Source of the DNA: an uncultured Lentimicrobiaceae bacterium
GTDB lineage: Bacteria; Bacteroidota; Bacteroidia; Bacteroidales; UBA4417
Reading direction: 5' to 3'
DNA: 64,000 nt
NCBI GenBank assembly: GCA_964420555.1
Contig: CAYQTT010000005.1
Span: forward strand, 232,326-296,325
Positions 56,937-64,000 of the stretch are shown piece after piece. Below the pieces are notes generated by a model. It searched no databases, was not told where the DNA came from, and was given only the letters and a program-made list of their open reading frames with translations. The position numbers and the translations under genes were made by a program. Within the stretch, counting starts at the first letter, position 1; each line of letters begins with the position of its first letter.

Positions 56937-57400
56937 AGAAATTTATAGCAACACTCGTTTGTGTAACAATTCAGGCAATGCTTTTTTCACAAGTAGCAAT
57001 CAGCTATTTGCCTTTTCAATCGATATTGTCAATTTCAACAAATACTGAAAAGTTATTATTTGTTGATTATAAAATTGAAACAAACAATTATATTTCAAAT
57101 CTTAACATGGAATTTTCGCCAAAATTCAATTTCAAACGAACGGAATGGATAAATTACTACGTCGGGGCAGGAGTAAGTTTTAACCCTGCAAATTTATATG
57201 CTGACCTGCCAATCACTAACGGGTACTTTATTGATTTTGGCATAAGAGCAAAACCTTTAATTAAAATCAGATCTCTTCAAATAGTATTTGAAATTTCCCC
57301 CTACGTTAATAAAGAGATTGCGAGCGGAAATATCAGAACCAGAATAGGGCTTGCCTGGAATTTTACAAGTAAACCTGGTGTAAACTCAACTGATGAATAA
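56933..57400 (+). CDS. Hypothetical small beta-rich (outer-membrane-like) protein
   Basis: 155 aa with a signal peptide and alternating hydrophobic pattern. It overlaps the GH10 gene by 4 nt. Confidence 0.45.
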   Translation: MKKFIATLVCVTIQAMLFSQVAISYLPFQSILSISTNTEKLLFVDYKIETNNYISNLNMEFSPKFNFKRTEWINYYVGAGVSFNPANLYADLPITNGYFIDFGIRAKPLIKIRSLQIVFEISPYVNKEIASGNIRTRIGLAWNFTSKPGVNSTDE

Positions 57401-57608
57401 CAAAGCCAGCGATAGGTTTCAATACTAAAACAAATTAGTCGGGGCAGCGATTTGAGGGTCATAGCTGATATAGAGGTTATGAAGTCCTTGTTTATCATAG
57501 CAACCTTTCCGCTTCAAACAGGGCGGTAACTTATCATCCCGTCAAACGTCAGCAACTGATATTTTTCACAATGTCGCAGTTTTACAATTCTGACCTACTT
57601 TTCGGGCA

Positions 57609-57616
57609 TACTTTTG
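57609..57616 (+). promoter_or_regulatory. -7 box TACTTTTG
   Basis: Exact motif match 31 nt upstream of the ATG at 57648. Confidence 0.45.
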
Positions 57617-57647
57617 CATCATTCTTAAAAGTTCAATTTTAAAAATT

Positions 57648-58013
57648 ATGACAATAAAAAAGTTAGTATCATGGGTTGAAATTCCGGCAGTAGATTTCGA
57701 AAGAGCCGTTAGGTTTTACAACACTATTTTAGGAATTGAGTTGCAGGTGATTGATTGCGAAACAAAGAAAATGGCGTGTTTCCCCTCGGGCGAAGGAGCA
57801 ATATCTTTTGTGCCGGGTTTTAATCCCTAGAAAGACAGGGTGTTGTTGAGTTTAAATACCGAAAATGATTTAGACAACACCATGATTAGAATTGAAAATA
57901 ACGGAGGTAAAATAGTTCAGCCTAAAACTAAAATTGAGGCTGAAAACCGCGGCTATTTTGCTCTGTTTATTGATTGTGAAGGCAATAAACTCGGACTGTA
58001 CGGCGATGAATAG
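57648..58013 (+). pseudogene. VOC (glyoxalase/bleomycin-resistance) family protein with an in-frame TAG
   Basis: The 60-aa ORF ends at the TAG (57828-57830). The same frame continues as KDRVLLSLNTENDLDNTMIRIENNGGKIVQPKTKIEAENRGYFALFIDCEGNKLGLYGDE*, giving a normal VOC protein of about 121 aa. Confidence 0.65.
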
Positions 58014-58025
58014 TAAGTAAGTGTT

Positions 58026-58066
58026 GGGATTGTGATTTTAACATAGATAATCACAATCCCATTTTA
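58026..58066 (+). terminator. Hairpin terminator after the VOC gene
   Basis: GGGATTGTGATT / AATCACAATCCC perfect 12-bp stem with an 11-nt loop, then ATTTTAAATT. Confidence 0.5.
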
Positions 58067-58097
58067 AATTCAGTAATTTTACAGTAAATTTATTATA

Positions 58098-58319
58098 GTG
58101 AGCTATCACATTTCGAAACCTTCATTCTTTCTGTCGCAATATGTACAACAATATTGGGCAATAGAAAATTGTTTACCCAATGGTAGCGAGCATATACAAC
58201 GACTGGTGCCGAATGGATTAATGGAATTGATGTTTTATTTTGGTGACACACCAAAAGCGCTGGACGAGAGTAAACATTTCTCGGACAAATCGATAGTTTC
58301 AACCGTTGGGCGTCAATGA
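58098..58319 (+). pseudogene. N-terminal stub of an AraC-family regulator
   Basis: 73 aa with a GTG start. L.QYVQQYW....LVPNGLMELMFYFGD matches the N-terminal domain pattern of AraC regulators. The HTH half is absent, and the TerC gene starts 38 nt later. Confidence 0.45.
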
Positions 58320-58356
58320 TAGAACAACATCAAGAACAAATTAAATCATAACTACT

Positions 58357-59118
58357 ATGGACTATCAAATCGTTTTTTCACTTTTAAGTTTAATTGCATT
58401 AGAAGTTATACTGGGAATAGATAATGTTATTTTTATCTCAATATTTGCCAGCAAGCTACCTGTACTGCAACAAAAAAAAGCAAGACAATTGGGGCTCATT
58501 TTAGCTGGTGTTATGAGATTGAGTTTGTTACTCATCGTTTCGTTTATATTGCAACTTGACGACGAATTATTCCGGATAAGGGATTTGAGCTTATCGGGGA
58601 AAGACCTGTTACTAATTGCCGGCGGTTTATTCCTTCTGTATAAAAGCAGTAAAGAAATCTATCATAAAATGGAAGGAGAAACTGGTGACCAATCAAAGAG
58701 CATACAAGCAACTACTTTTACCCAGGTCATTATTCAAATTTTAATCATTGACGCTGTTTTTTCCATTGACTCTATTATTACCGCAATAGGTATGGTGAAA
58801 GAAGTTTGGGTAATGTATGTTGCCGTAATTATTACAGTTGTAATAATGCTCTTTGCTGCCGAACCTATTAGCAACTTTGTAAATAAACATCCGGCATTTA
58901 AAATGCTGGCACTTTCATTTTTACTACTAATAGGATTTTCGTTGCTAAGCGAAGGATTTGGCGTTGAGATTCCTAAAGGTTATATTTATTTTTCAATGGC
59001 ATTCTCATTTTTGGTTGATATCCTTCAAATGCGAATGAATAAAAAGGCTGGAAATCCGGTTTCCATAAATGAACACTATAAGAAAGGCGAAGAAAAGATT
59101 ACCAAAAAAGTACTATGA
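58357..59118 (+). CDS. TerC-family integral membrane protein
   Basis: 253 aa, about 7 TM helices, with LEVILGIDNVIFISI and AVFSIDSIITAIG blocks. Confidence 0.75.
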   Translation: MDYQIVFSLLSLIALEVILGIDNVIFISIFASKLPVLQQKKARQLGLILAGVMRLSLLLIVSFILQLDDELFRIRDLSLSGKDLLLIAGGLFLLYKSSKEIYHKMEGETGDQSKSIQATTFTQVIIQILIIDAVFSIDSIITAIGMVKEVWVMYVAVIITVVIMLFAAEPISNFVNKHPAFKMLALSFLLLIGFSLLSEGFGVEIPKGYIYFSMAFSFLVDILQMRMNKKAGNPVSINEHYKKGEEKITKKVL

Positions 59119-59282
59119 CAACAAAATAAGCCCCTGTTGGCGCTCGACCCTAACTCAAATCACCATTGCACTCGTTATTCTCGCGCCTGCCTGTAAAACA
59201 CAAGACAAAAAAGCAGCCATTTTTTTTATTCCCGGCAGCTGAATTTGATTTTCTGAATTTGCAAATGTTAACATTGAAAATT

Positions 59283-61139
59283 ATGGAAACAGAAAACACT
59301 TTCAAAAAAAAGAACCGCACCAGTTTAAAAATCATGTGGCGGGTACTGGGCATTCTATTTGTAATAGTGACTATTGCTACTATTTACATTACAAAGAATT
59401 TTAACCAGATACTTGCCGATGCCCTGATGAAGAGTTTTAACTCTAACGTGGTTTCGGATATTTATGAGTTAAAATTCGAAAAACTCAGGGTGAATCTTTT
59501 TAATGGAGATATCAGGGTAGTTAACGTTACATTCAAGCCACGTGAAAAACCCCAGCGAAACTATTCCTATATTAACAGTTCAATTCATCTCACTACTAAA
59601 AAAATAAAGCTTGAACGAGTCCGGATCATGGAATTAGTGAAAACCGGGAAACTCGAACTTAAGCGGATTGAAATTGACAAACCTGAAATTGAAGTGAGCT
59701 TAAACGGGGCTGTTCATAAATTCCTTCCTTATAAAGATACAATAGAAACAGCAGATACAAAGAGCAGCAAAAATTTTTTAACTGCTTTTAGTCTCGACGA
59801 ATTCCGACTTATAAATGCGTCGTTCCATATCGTGAATTCTTTTAACGAGCGTGAACTCTCCGTCCAGAAACTAAGCATTTCCCTGAGTGACATAAAAATC
59901 GATCAGCAAACAAGGATGGATTTTTTCTCGGTAAATAAAGTGGGACTTACAATTGCGGAAATTTCGGGAAGAATGAAAAGTGGTGGATTCAGAACTCTGA
60001 TTCTTAATGATTTATCGCTGAATGTAATGGATCTCGACGCCCGTAGTACATTGGATACCCTCATTTATACCTATGCCGACTTTAATATCGGGTTCAAGGA
60101 CCTTAGTATGGATACCCAGGACAGTATTTATAATGTTTCACTGCAGTCCTTTGGTATTTCTCGCGAAAATTCCTCGATCAGCATCGATAAATTTGCGTTT
60201 AAGCCAAATATCAGCCAGGACGAACTACTTAAAAGGGAGAAATATCAGAAAGCGCAGTTCTCGGTTTCCGCTGTATCACTAAAACTGATGAATGTTAACT
60301 TTGATACTCTCATTTACCACCAAAGGGTGTATGTTGATGAAATTAAAATTGATACAGTAAACGTCTCCATCTTTAAAGATAAAACCAAACCTCTCGACAG
60401 GAACCGATTCCCGGAATACGTTGGCCAGATAGTTGCTGGTATTCCCATTCCCCTGGCGTTGAAAACGCTAACAGCATCGGCAGTCAACCTGGTTAATGTC
60501 GAACGGAAAGAGGATGGTAAATCGGCCCGCATTACAGTTGATCGCGGCACCCTGACGGCAAGCAATATTACCAACCTCGACAAGGAAGGGCTTCTGACTG
60601 CAAATGCTTCTGCTTATATCGAAAACAAAGTTTTTATAAAGATGGCAGTTGCCTACAGTTATAAAAAGCCACAATTCAGCCTTGATGTAAGATCAGGTAA
60701 GTTTAATTTACTCGATCTTAATCAATTGCTTTTAGCATATACTCCGGCGAAAATAAGTAAAGGTGTAGTTGATGAAATAACACTTTCAGGAACAGTATAC
60801 CGGTCCACGGCAACCGGTACAATGAAATTTTTATACCACGACCTTGAGGTTGATATGAAACTCAGTGAAAAGAAATGGCAGAATGATGTTGTTGCTTTTG
60901 CAGCAAACACCTATCTTTCGACTCACAATCCACCTTCGGCAGGTATGCCACCCAAAGTGGTACAATACCAGGTTGAAAGAGATATGAATAAGGGAGGATT
61001 TAATGTGATTCTCAAGTCATTTCTTTCCGGTATGAAAGAAACAATGATGATGTCGAAAGAAAATAAAAAAGAATATAAGCAGGAGAAAAGGAAATGGAGA
61101 GATAAGGCAAAAAAGCAAGCAGAGCTTGAACCCAAATAA
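59283..61139 (+). CDS. Membrane-anchored hypothetical protein (AsmA/DUF748-like)
   Basis: Start re-called to METENTF. One N-terminal TM helix (ILFVIVTIATIYI), a long beta-rich body and a Lys/Glu-rich tail. The family call is tentative. Confidence 0.4.
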   Translation: METENTFKKKNRTSLKIMWRVLGILFVIVTIATIYITKNFNQILADALMKSFNSNVVSDIYELKFEKLRVNLFNGDIRVVNVTFKPREKPQRNYSYINSSIHLTTKKIKLERVRIMELVKTGKLELKRIEIDKPEIEVSLNGAVHKFLPYKDTIETADTKSSKNFLTAFSLDEFRLINASFHIVNSFNERELSVQKLSISLSDIKIDQQTRMDFFSVNKVGLTIAEISGRMKSGGFRTLILNDLSLNVMDLDARSTLDTLIYTYADFNIGFKDLSMDTQDSIYNVSLQSFGISRENSSISIDKFAFKPNISQDELLKREKYQKAQFSVSAVSLKLMNVNFDTLIYHQRVYVDEIKIDTVNVSIFKDKTKPLDRNRFPEYVGQIVAGIPIPLALKTLTASAVNLVNVERKEDGKSARITVDRGTLTASNITNLDKEGLLTANASAYIENKVFIKMAVAYSYKKPQFSLDVRSGKFNLLDLNQLLLAYTPAKISKGVVDEITLSGTVYRSTATGTMKFLYHDLEVDMKLSEKKWQNDVVAFAANTYLSTHNPPSAGMPPKVVQYQVERDMNKGGFNVILKSFLSGMKETMMMSKENKKEYKQEKRKWRDKAKKQAELEPK

Positions 61140-61228
61140 TGCTAAAGGAGACAGTTTATTTCAATTGATATAAAAGATTTGACCTACAGCAACCTGATTG
61201 TTCACGCTTTCTTTATTATCTGTTTGGG

Positions 61229-61786
61229 TTAAAATGAAACTGCAACTCCTAACTGCAGGTACTCCGACTTTACACCCTGGTTTATTTCGGTCATACCCCA
61301 GTGATACCGGGCTTCGAGGGTAAACATCAGTATTTTAAAGCCAGCACCCAAAAACACAGGGAAATCTACTGTATTAAATTTCTCCTCTCCAAAAGGGGAA
61401 TCTGCAATTAATCCGCTATACTTTTCATTTAATTTGAAATTGGCTGCAGCTCCGCCAAGCGCAAAAAACGGACCGAGTTTCCCCTGGAGGTATAATGGAA
61501 CACTCAGGTAGTTCAATACTACGTTTTCTGCGTTGTTGTTCCATTCCACTCCAGTGGTCATGTATTCGAGACCATAACCGATATGCACTACCGGTACAAT
61601 TTTATGAGTTTTAAATAATCCTATATAAAAACTATTGTACGAATCTGTTCCGCTTATCATTGAACCATCTTTTTTGATAGTAGAATTCTGATATCCGGTG
61701 CGTACACCAATTCTATTCTGTGCCTGAACTGAAATTACATTTAGGGTAAAAAATGCAATCAGCAATAATAAACCATGTTGTTTCAT
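61229..61786 (-). CDS. Small outer-membrane beta-barrel (OmpW/porin-like) protein
   Basis: Start re-called to MKQHGLLLLIAFFTLNVISVQAQ (signal peptide) because a TATATTTG box lies at 61824-61831. The protein ends in an aromatic residue (VAVSF). Confidence 0.6.
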   Translation of the reverse strand: MKQHGLLLLIAFFTLNVISVQAQNRIGVRTGYQNSTIKKDGSMISGTDSYNSFYIGLFKTHKIVPVVHIGYGLEYMTTGVEWNNNAENVVLNYLSVPLYLQGKLGPFFALGGAAANFKLNEKYSGLIADSPFGEEKFNTVDFPVFLGAGFKILMFTLEARYHWGMTEINQGVKSEYLQLGVAVSF

Positions 61787-61823
61787 AAGATTTATTTTTT
61801 TTAGGAGATAAAGTATCCTCATA

Positions 61824-61831
61824 CAAATATA
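61824..61831 (-). promoter_or_regulatory. -7 box TATATTTG
   Basis: Exact motif match 37 nt upstream of the ATG at 61786. Confidence 0.45.
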
Positions 61832-61977
61832 ACTAACTATACTTCGAAGTGTTTTTATTTGGCAAAAATATTTATATGCTGTTTTCAGTAAGTGCATTTC
61901 TACATTAATTGAAGTTAATATCACATTGGTACCGATCAGAAAATATACCTGACAACAAGAAAAACAGAGAGAAAGAA

Positions 61978-62007
61978 CCAAAGGGGAAGCGCACCGAACC
62001 CCTCTGG
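61978..62007 (-). terminator. Candidate terminator hairpin downstream of sulP
   Basis: CCAAAGGGG / CCCCTCTGG pairs 8 of 9 bp with a 12-nt loop. A U-rich stretch follows on the minus strand, about 125 nt after the stop. Confidence 0.35.
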
Positions 62008-62130
62008 CTAGAAGAAGTCAAAACAATGCAAAGAATTTAGTTTCTGCTATAGAAGAATCATTCATTATTGAAAATTTCAACTAGCTATAAAATCTGGATT
62101 TAACGGATTTCTGGTTATTACTTAGAGGTT

Positions 62131-63804
62131 TCATATAACAAGCTGATCATCGCTGTTAACCAAATCATCAACTGATATTTTACGGCTGATGTGTCCAAGC
62201 AGATACTCAATTTCTTCGGCACGGAGCATATCGCGCACGCTGGCATGGGCTTCGGCTATTTTCAATGCAATCCCTTTTGATTGCAAATCAAGGTATAGCC
62301 GTTTTATAAGTCTTGCCCCGGCAATATCAACATACGGCGTTGTGCTGAAATCCCAGATAACGGTTTTAAACGATTCGTCGGATTTAAGAATCTTCTCCCA
62401 AATCCGGCTATGGATATTTTCGATATTAAAATAAAGAACCGATGCTTCAATCCGGAAAAGCAACATACCTTCAATAATTTCATTATCAGGGTGTCTGCTG
62501 ATATCCGTATATCGTTTTGTGCCCGGAATACGGCCTAAGAAAGCAATATGAGGATCCGATACGGCCTTTATAAGCATAAGCAGTGAGGCTATGGCTGCAA
62601 TCATCACGCCTTCCAGCACACCAAAAATGATAACGCCTGCCAGCGCAATTATTGCTACGCTGAATTCCATGCGGCTTACGTTCCATAAGCGTTTTAACTC
62701 TTTAATATCAACCAGGCTCCTGATAGCAACGAGCACTATAGCAGCAAGCATTACATCAGGCAGATATCTGATAGGACCAGTCAGGAATAAAAGACAAACT
62801 GCAATAACCGCCGAAGCAAAAACAAGTGATAATGGAGTGCGTGCATCTGCCTGACCGTTAACAGCTGACTGCGATAATCCGCCACTGACCGGGTAGCCAT
62901 GTCCGAACGCAGTTGCCAGGTTGGCGACAGCCAGTGCCAGTAATTCCTGCCGTGGTTTTATTTCGTAACCCCCTTCGCGGGCCTGTGTTTTTGCTGCCGA
63001 AACAGTCTCGATATACATAAGTAAAAAGCAGGCAAACGCAAGCGGAATTGCACTGTTAATATCTTTTGGATGCAGCGATGGCAAATGAAATCCGGGTAAG
63101 CCTGATGGCATAGGACCTGTAAGAGCAAAGCCTGAATTGATAAGAGAAGTAGAGGAAATTACTACGATTGAAGCAATAACCAAAACGATAGCAACCGGAC
63201 GGCCCGGAAATAATTTTTCGCCGGCAATAAGCAGTATCAGGGTTATTAATCCAAAAATCAGAACCACTGGATTTGTGCCTGCCACCTGGCTGAAAAGAAT
63301 GCTTATCCGTTCTGAAAAACCGGTTCCGCCGCCTTTTACACCGAAGATTGCAGGTATTTGCGTTAACGCGATGGTGATAGCCGCGCCGGCTTTGAACCCA
63401 AGCAATACCGATTCGCTGATGAAGTTTATGAAACTGTTCAGCTTTAACAAATAAGCCAGTATACTCATTGCCGAGAGGATCAGGGCGGTGAGCGAAGCAA
63501 TGTCAGCCCATCGCTGAATATCTCCGTCAGTAAGGGTTGCTATGGTAGTTCCGATAAGCAGCGAAATGGCTGAAGTGGGGCCAATGGCAAGTTGCATTCC
63601 TGTTCCGAAAACAGCATAGAACAATCCTCCGATCAGGTAACCATAAATACCATATTGAGGAGGCAACCCGGCAAGGGTAGCGTAAGCCATTGAAACAGGG
63701 ATAGCATACGCAGCAAGGGTTAATCCCGAAACAGCATCGTAACGGAAGGTTTTCAGCGAATAACTTTTAATCCATTGCAACGAAGGAAATATATTTTTCC
63801 ACAT
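62131..63804 (-). CDS. SulP-family anion transporter with a C-terminal STAS domain
   Basis: Start re-called to MWKNIFPSLQWIK. Polytopic core plus STAS tail (…VIWDFSTTPYVDIAGARLI…). Confidence 0.8.
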   Translation of the reverse strand: MWKNIFPSLQWIKSYSLKTFRYDAVSGLTLAAYAIPVSMAYATLAGLPPQYGIYGYLIGGLFYAVFGTGMQLAIGPTSAISLLIGTTIATLTDGDIQRWADIASLTALILSAMSILAYLLKLNSFINFISESVLLGFKAGAAITIALTQIPAIFGVKGGGTGFSERISILFSQVAGTNPVVLIFGLITLILLIAGEKLFPGRPVAIVLVIASIVVISSTSLINSGFALTGPMPSGLPGFHLPSLHPKDINSAIPLAFACFLLMYIETVSAAKTQAREGGYEIKPRQELLALAVANLATAFGHGYPVSGGLSQSAVNGQADARTPLSLVFASAVIAVCLLFLTGPIRYLPDVMLAAIVLVAIRSLVDIKELKRLWNVSRMEFSVAIIALAGVIIFGVLEGVMIAAIASLLMLIKAVSDPHIAFLGRIPGTKRYTDISRHPDNEIIEGMLLFRIEASVLYFNIENIHSRIWEKILKSDESFKTVIWDFSTTPYVDIAGARLIKRLYLDLQSKGIALKIAEAHASVRDMLRAEEIEYLLGHISRKISVDDLVNSDDQLVI

Positions 63805-63870
63805 GGATTGCTGGTAGTTGTGGGTAACGGATGTGTGATGTAGGATGTTGCGCTTGGCACTTGGTATTCT

Positions 63871-64000
63871 AAAGATCCAAATCCCAAATTCCAAGATCCA
63901 AATTCCAAGGCACTAAATCGTAAATCGTACTTCTGAGATCGTAAATCGCAAATACTAATTCTCAATAAGCATTCCGAAAAAAAACCTTGAACCTTGAACT
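63871..64000. repeat. Short-period tandem-repeat tract (ATCCAAAT, CGTAAAT and ACCTTGA words)
   Basis: The sequence is aaagatccaaatcccaaattccaagatccaaattccaaggcactaaatcgtaaatcg...gatcgtaaatcgcaaat, and aaccttgaaccttgaact at the window edge. Confidence 0.7.

Noticed and set aside
49940-57830. Stop-codon reassignment or programmed read-through as an explanation for the three in-frame TAG/TAA codons.
   Set aside because: TAA and TAG terminate conserved genes at their expected lengths throughout the window: tnaA and the S46 gene end in TAA, and the M49 gene ends in TAG. The three cases are confined to the decayed patch and involve two different stop codons, so pseudogenisation or sequence error is simpler.
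58015-58356. yybP-ykoY (Mn2+) riboswitch upstream of the TerC-family gene.
   Set aside because: The region is occupied by the VOC terminator and the AraC stub. No four-way-junction-like conserved segments were recognisable.

Overview
This window is about 64 kb of a Bacteroidota chromosome. The diagnostics are three secreted proteins with C-terminal T9SS sorting domains, TAnnTTTG -7 promoter boxes 15-50 nt upstream of many start codons, the glmS / DUF4270 / short glycogen-synthase-like synteny, an S46 dipeptidyl-peptidase, and a Na+-translocating methylmalonyl-CoA decarboxylase operon. I call about 50 protein-coding genes, all from motif recognition in the translated ORFs because no searches could be run. 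The core content is: cell-wall elongation (mrdA-rodA); tryptophanase; the mce-mmdADCB operon plus an unlinked 5S-type carboxyltransferase; glmS; a TetR-TolC-MFP-RND efflux operon; lnt; M49-like and S46 peptidases; and several transporters (YidE/YbjL-type, TerC, SulP). I saw no rRNA, tRNA, CRISPR array, intact integrase or transposase. Four things deserve a second look. (1) The stretch from about 49.6 to 58.4 kb is a decayed accessory patch. It holds a 5'-truncated AI-2E transporter remnant, an MmeI-family type IIL restriction-modification gene broken by one in-frame TAA, a VOC gene broken by one in-frame TAG despite an intact promoter box and terminator, and an AraC N-terminal stub. It also holds an uncharacterised module: one DUF6266-like gene plus two paralogous excisionase-type HTH genes that share a conserved upstream architecture. 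(2) A dispersed family of short-period (7-11 nt) degenerate tandem-repeat tracts fills many intergenic spacers, usually starting right at stop codons. It includes a 300-nt two-part array with a strong G-quadruplex motif, inverted copies flanking the M49 gene, and a three-unit higher-order repeat between convergent genes. (3) The same operator-like palindrome sits next to an identical TAATTTTGCA promoter box upstream of both biotin-enzyme transcription units. (4) Smaller oddities are a T9SS cargo protein with a CXXCH motif, a translationally coupled two-lobed retropepsin plus four-copy CBM48 gene pair, and a 160-nt nested palindromic element upstream of the S46 gene. Nine ORF-track starts look over-extended and were re-called using promoter boxes and signal peptides.
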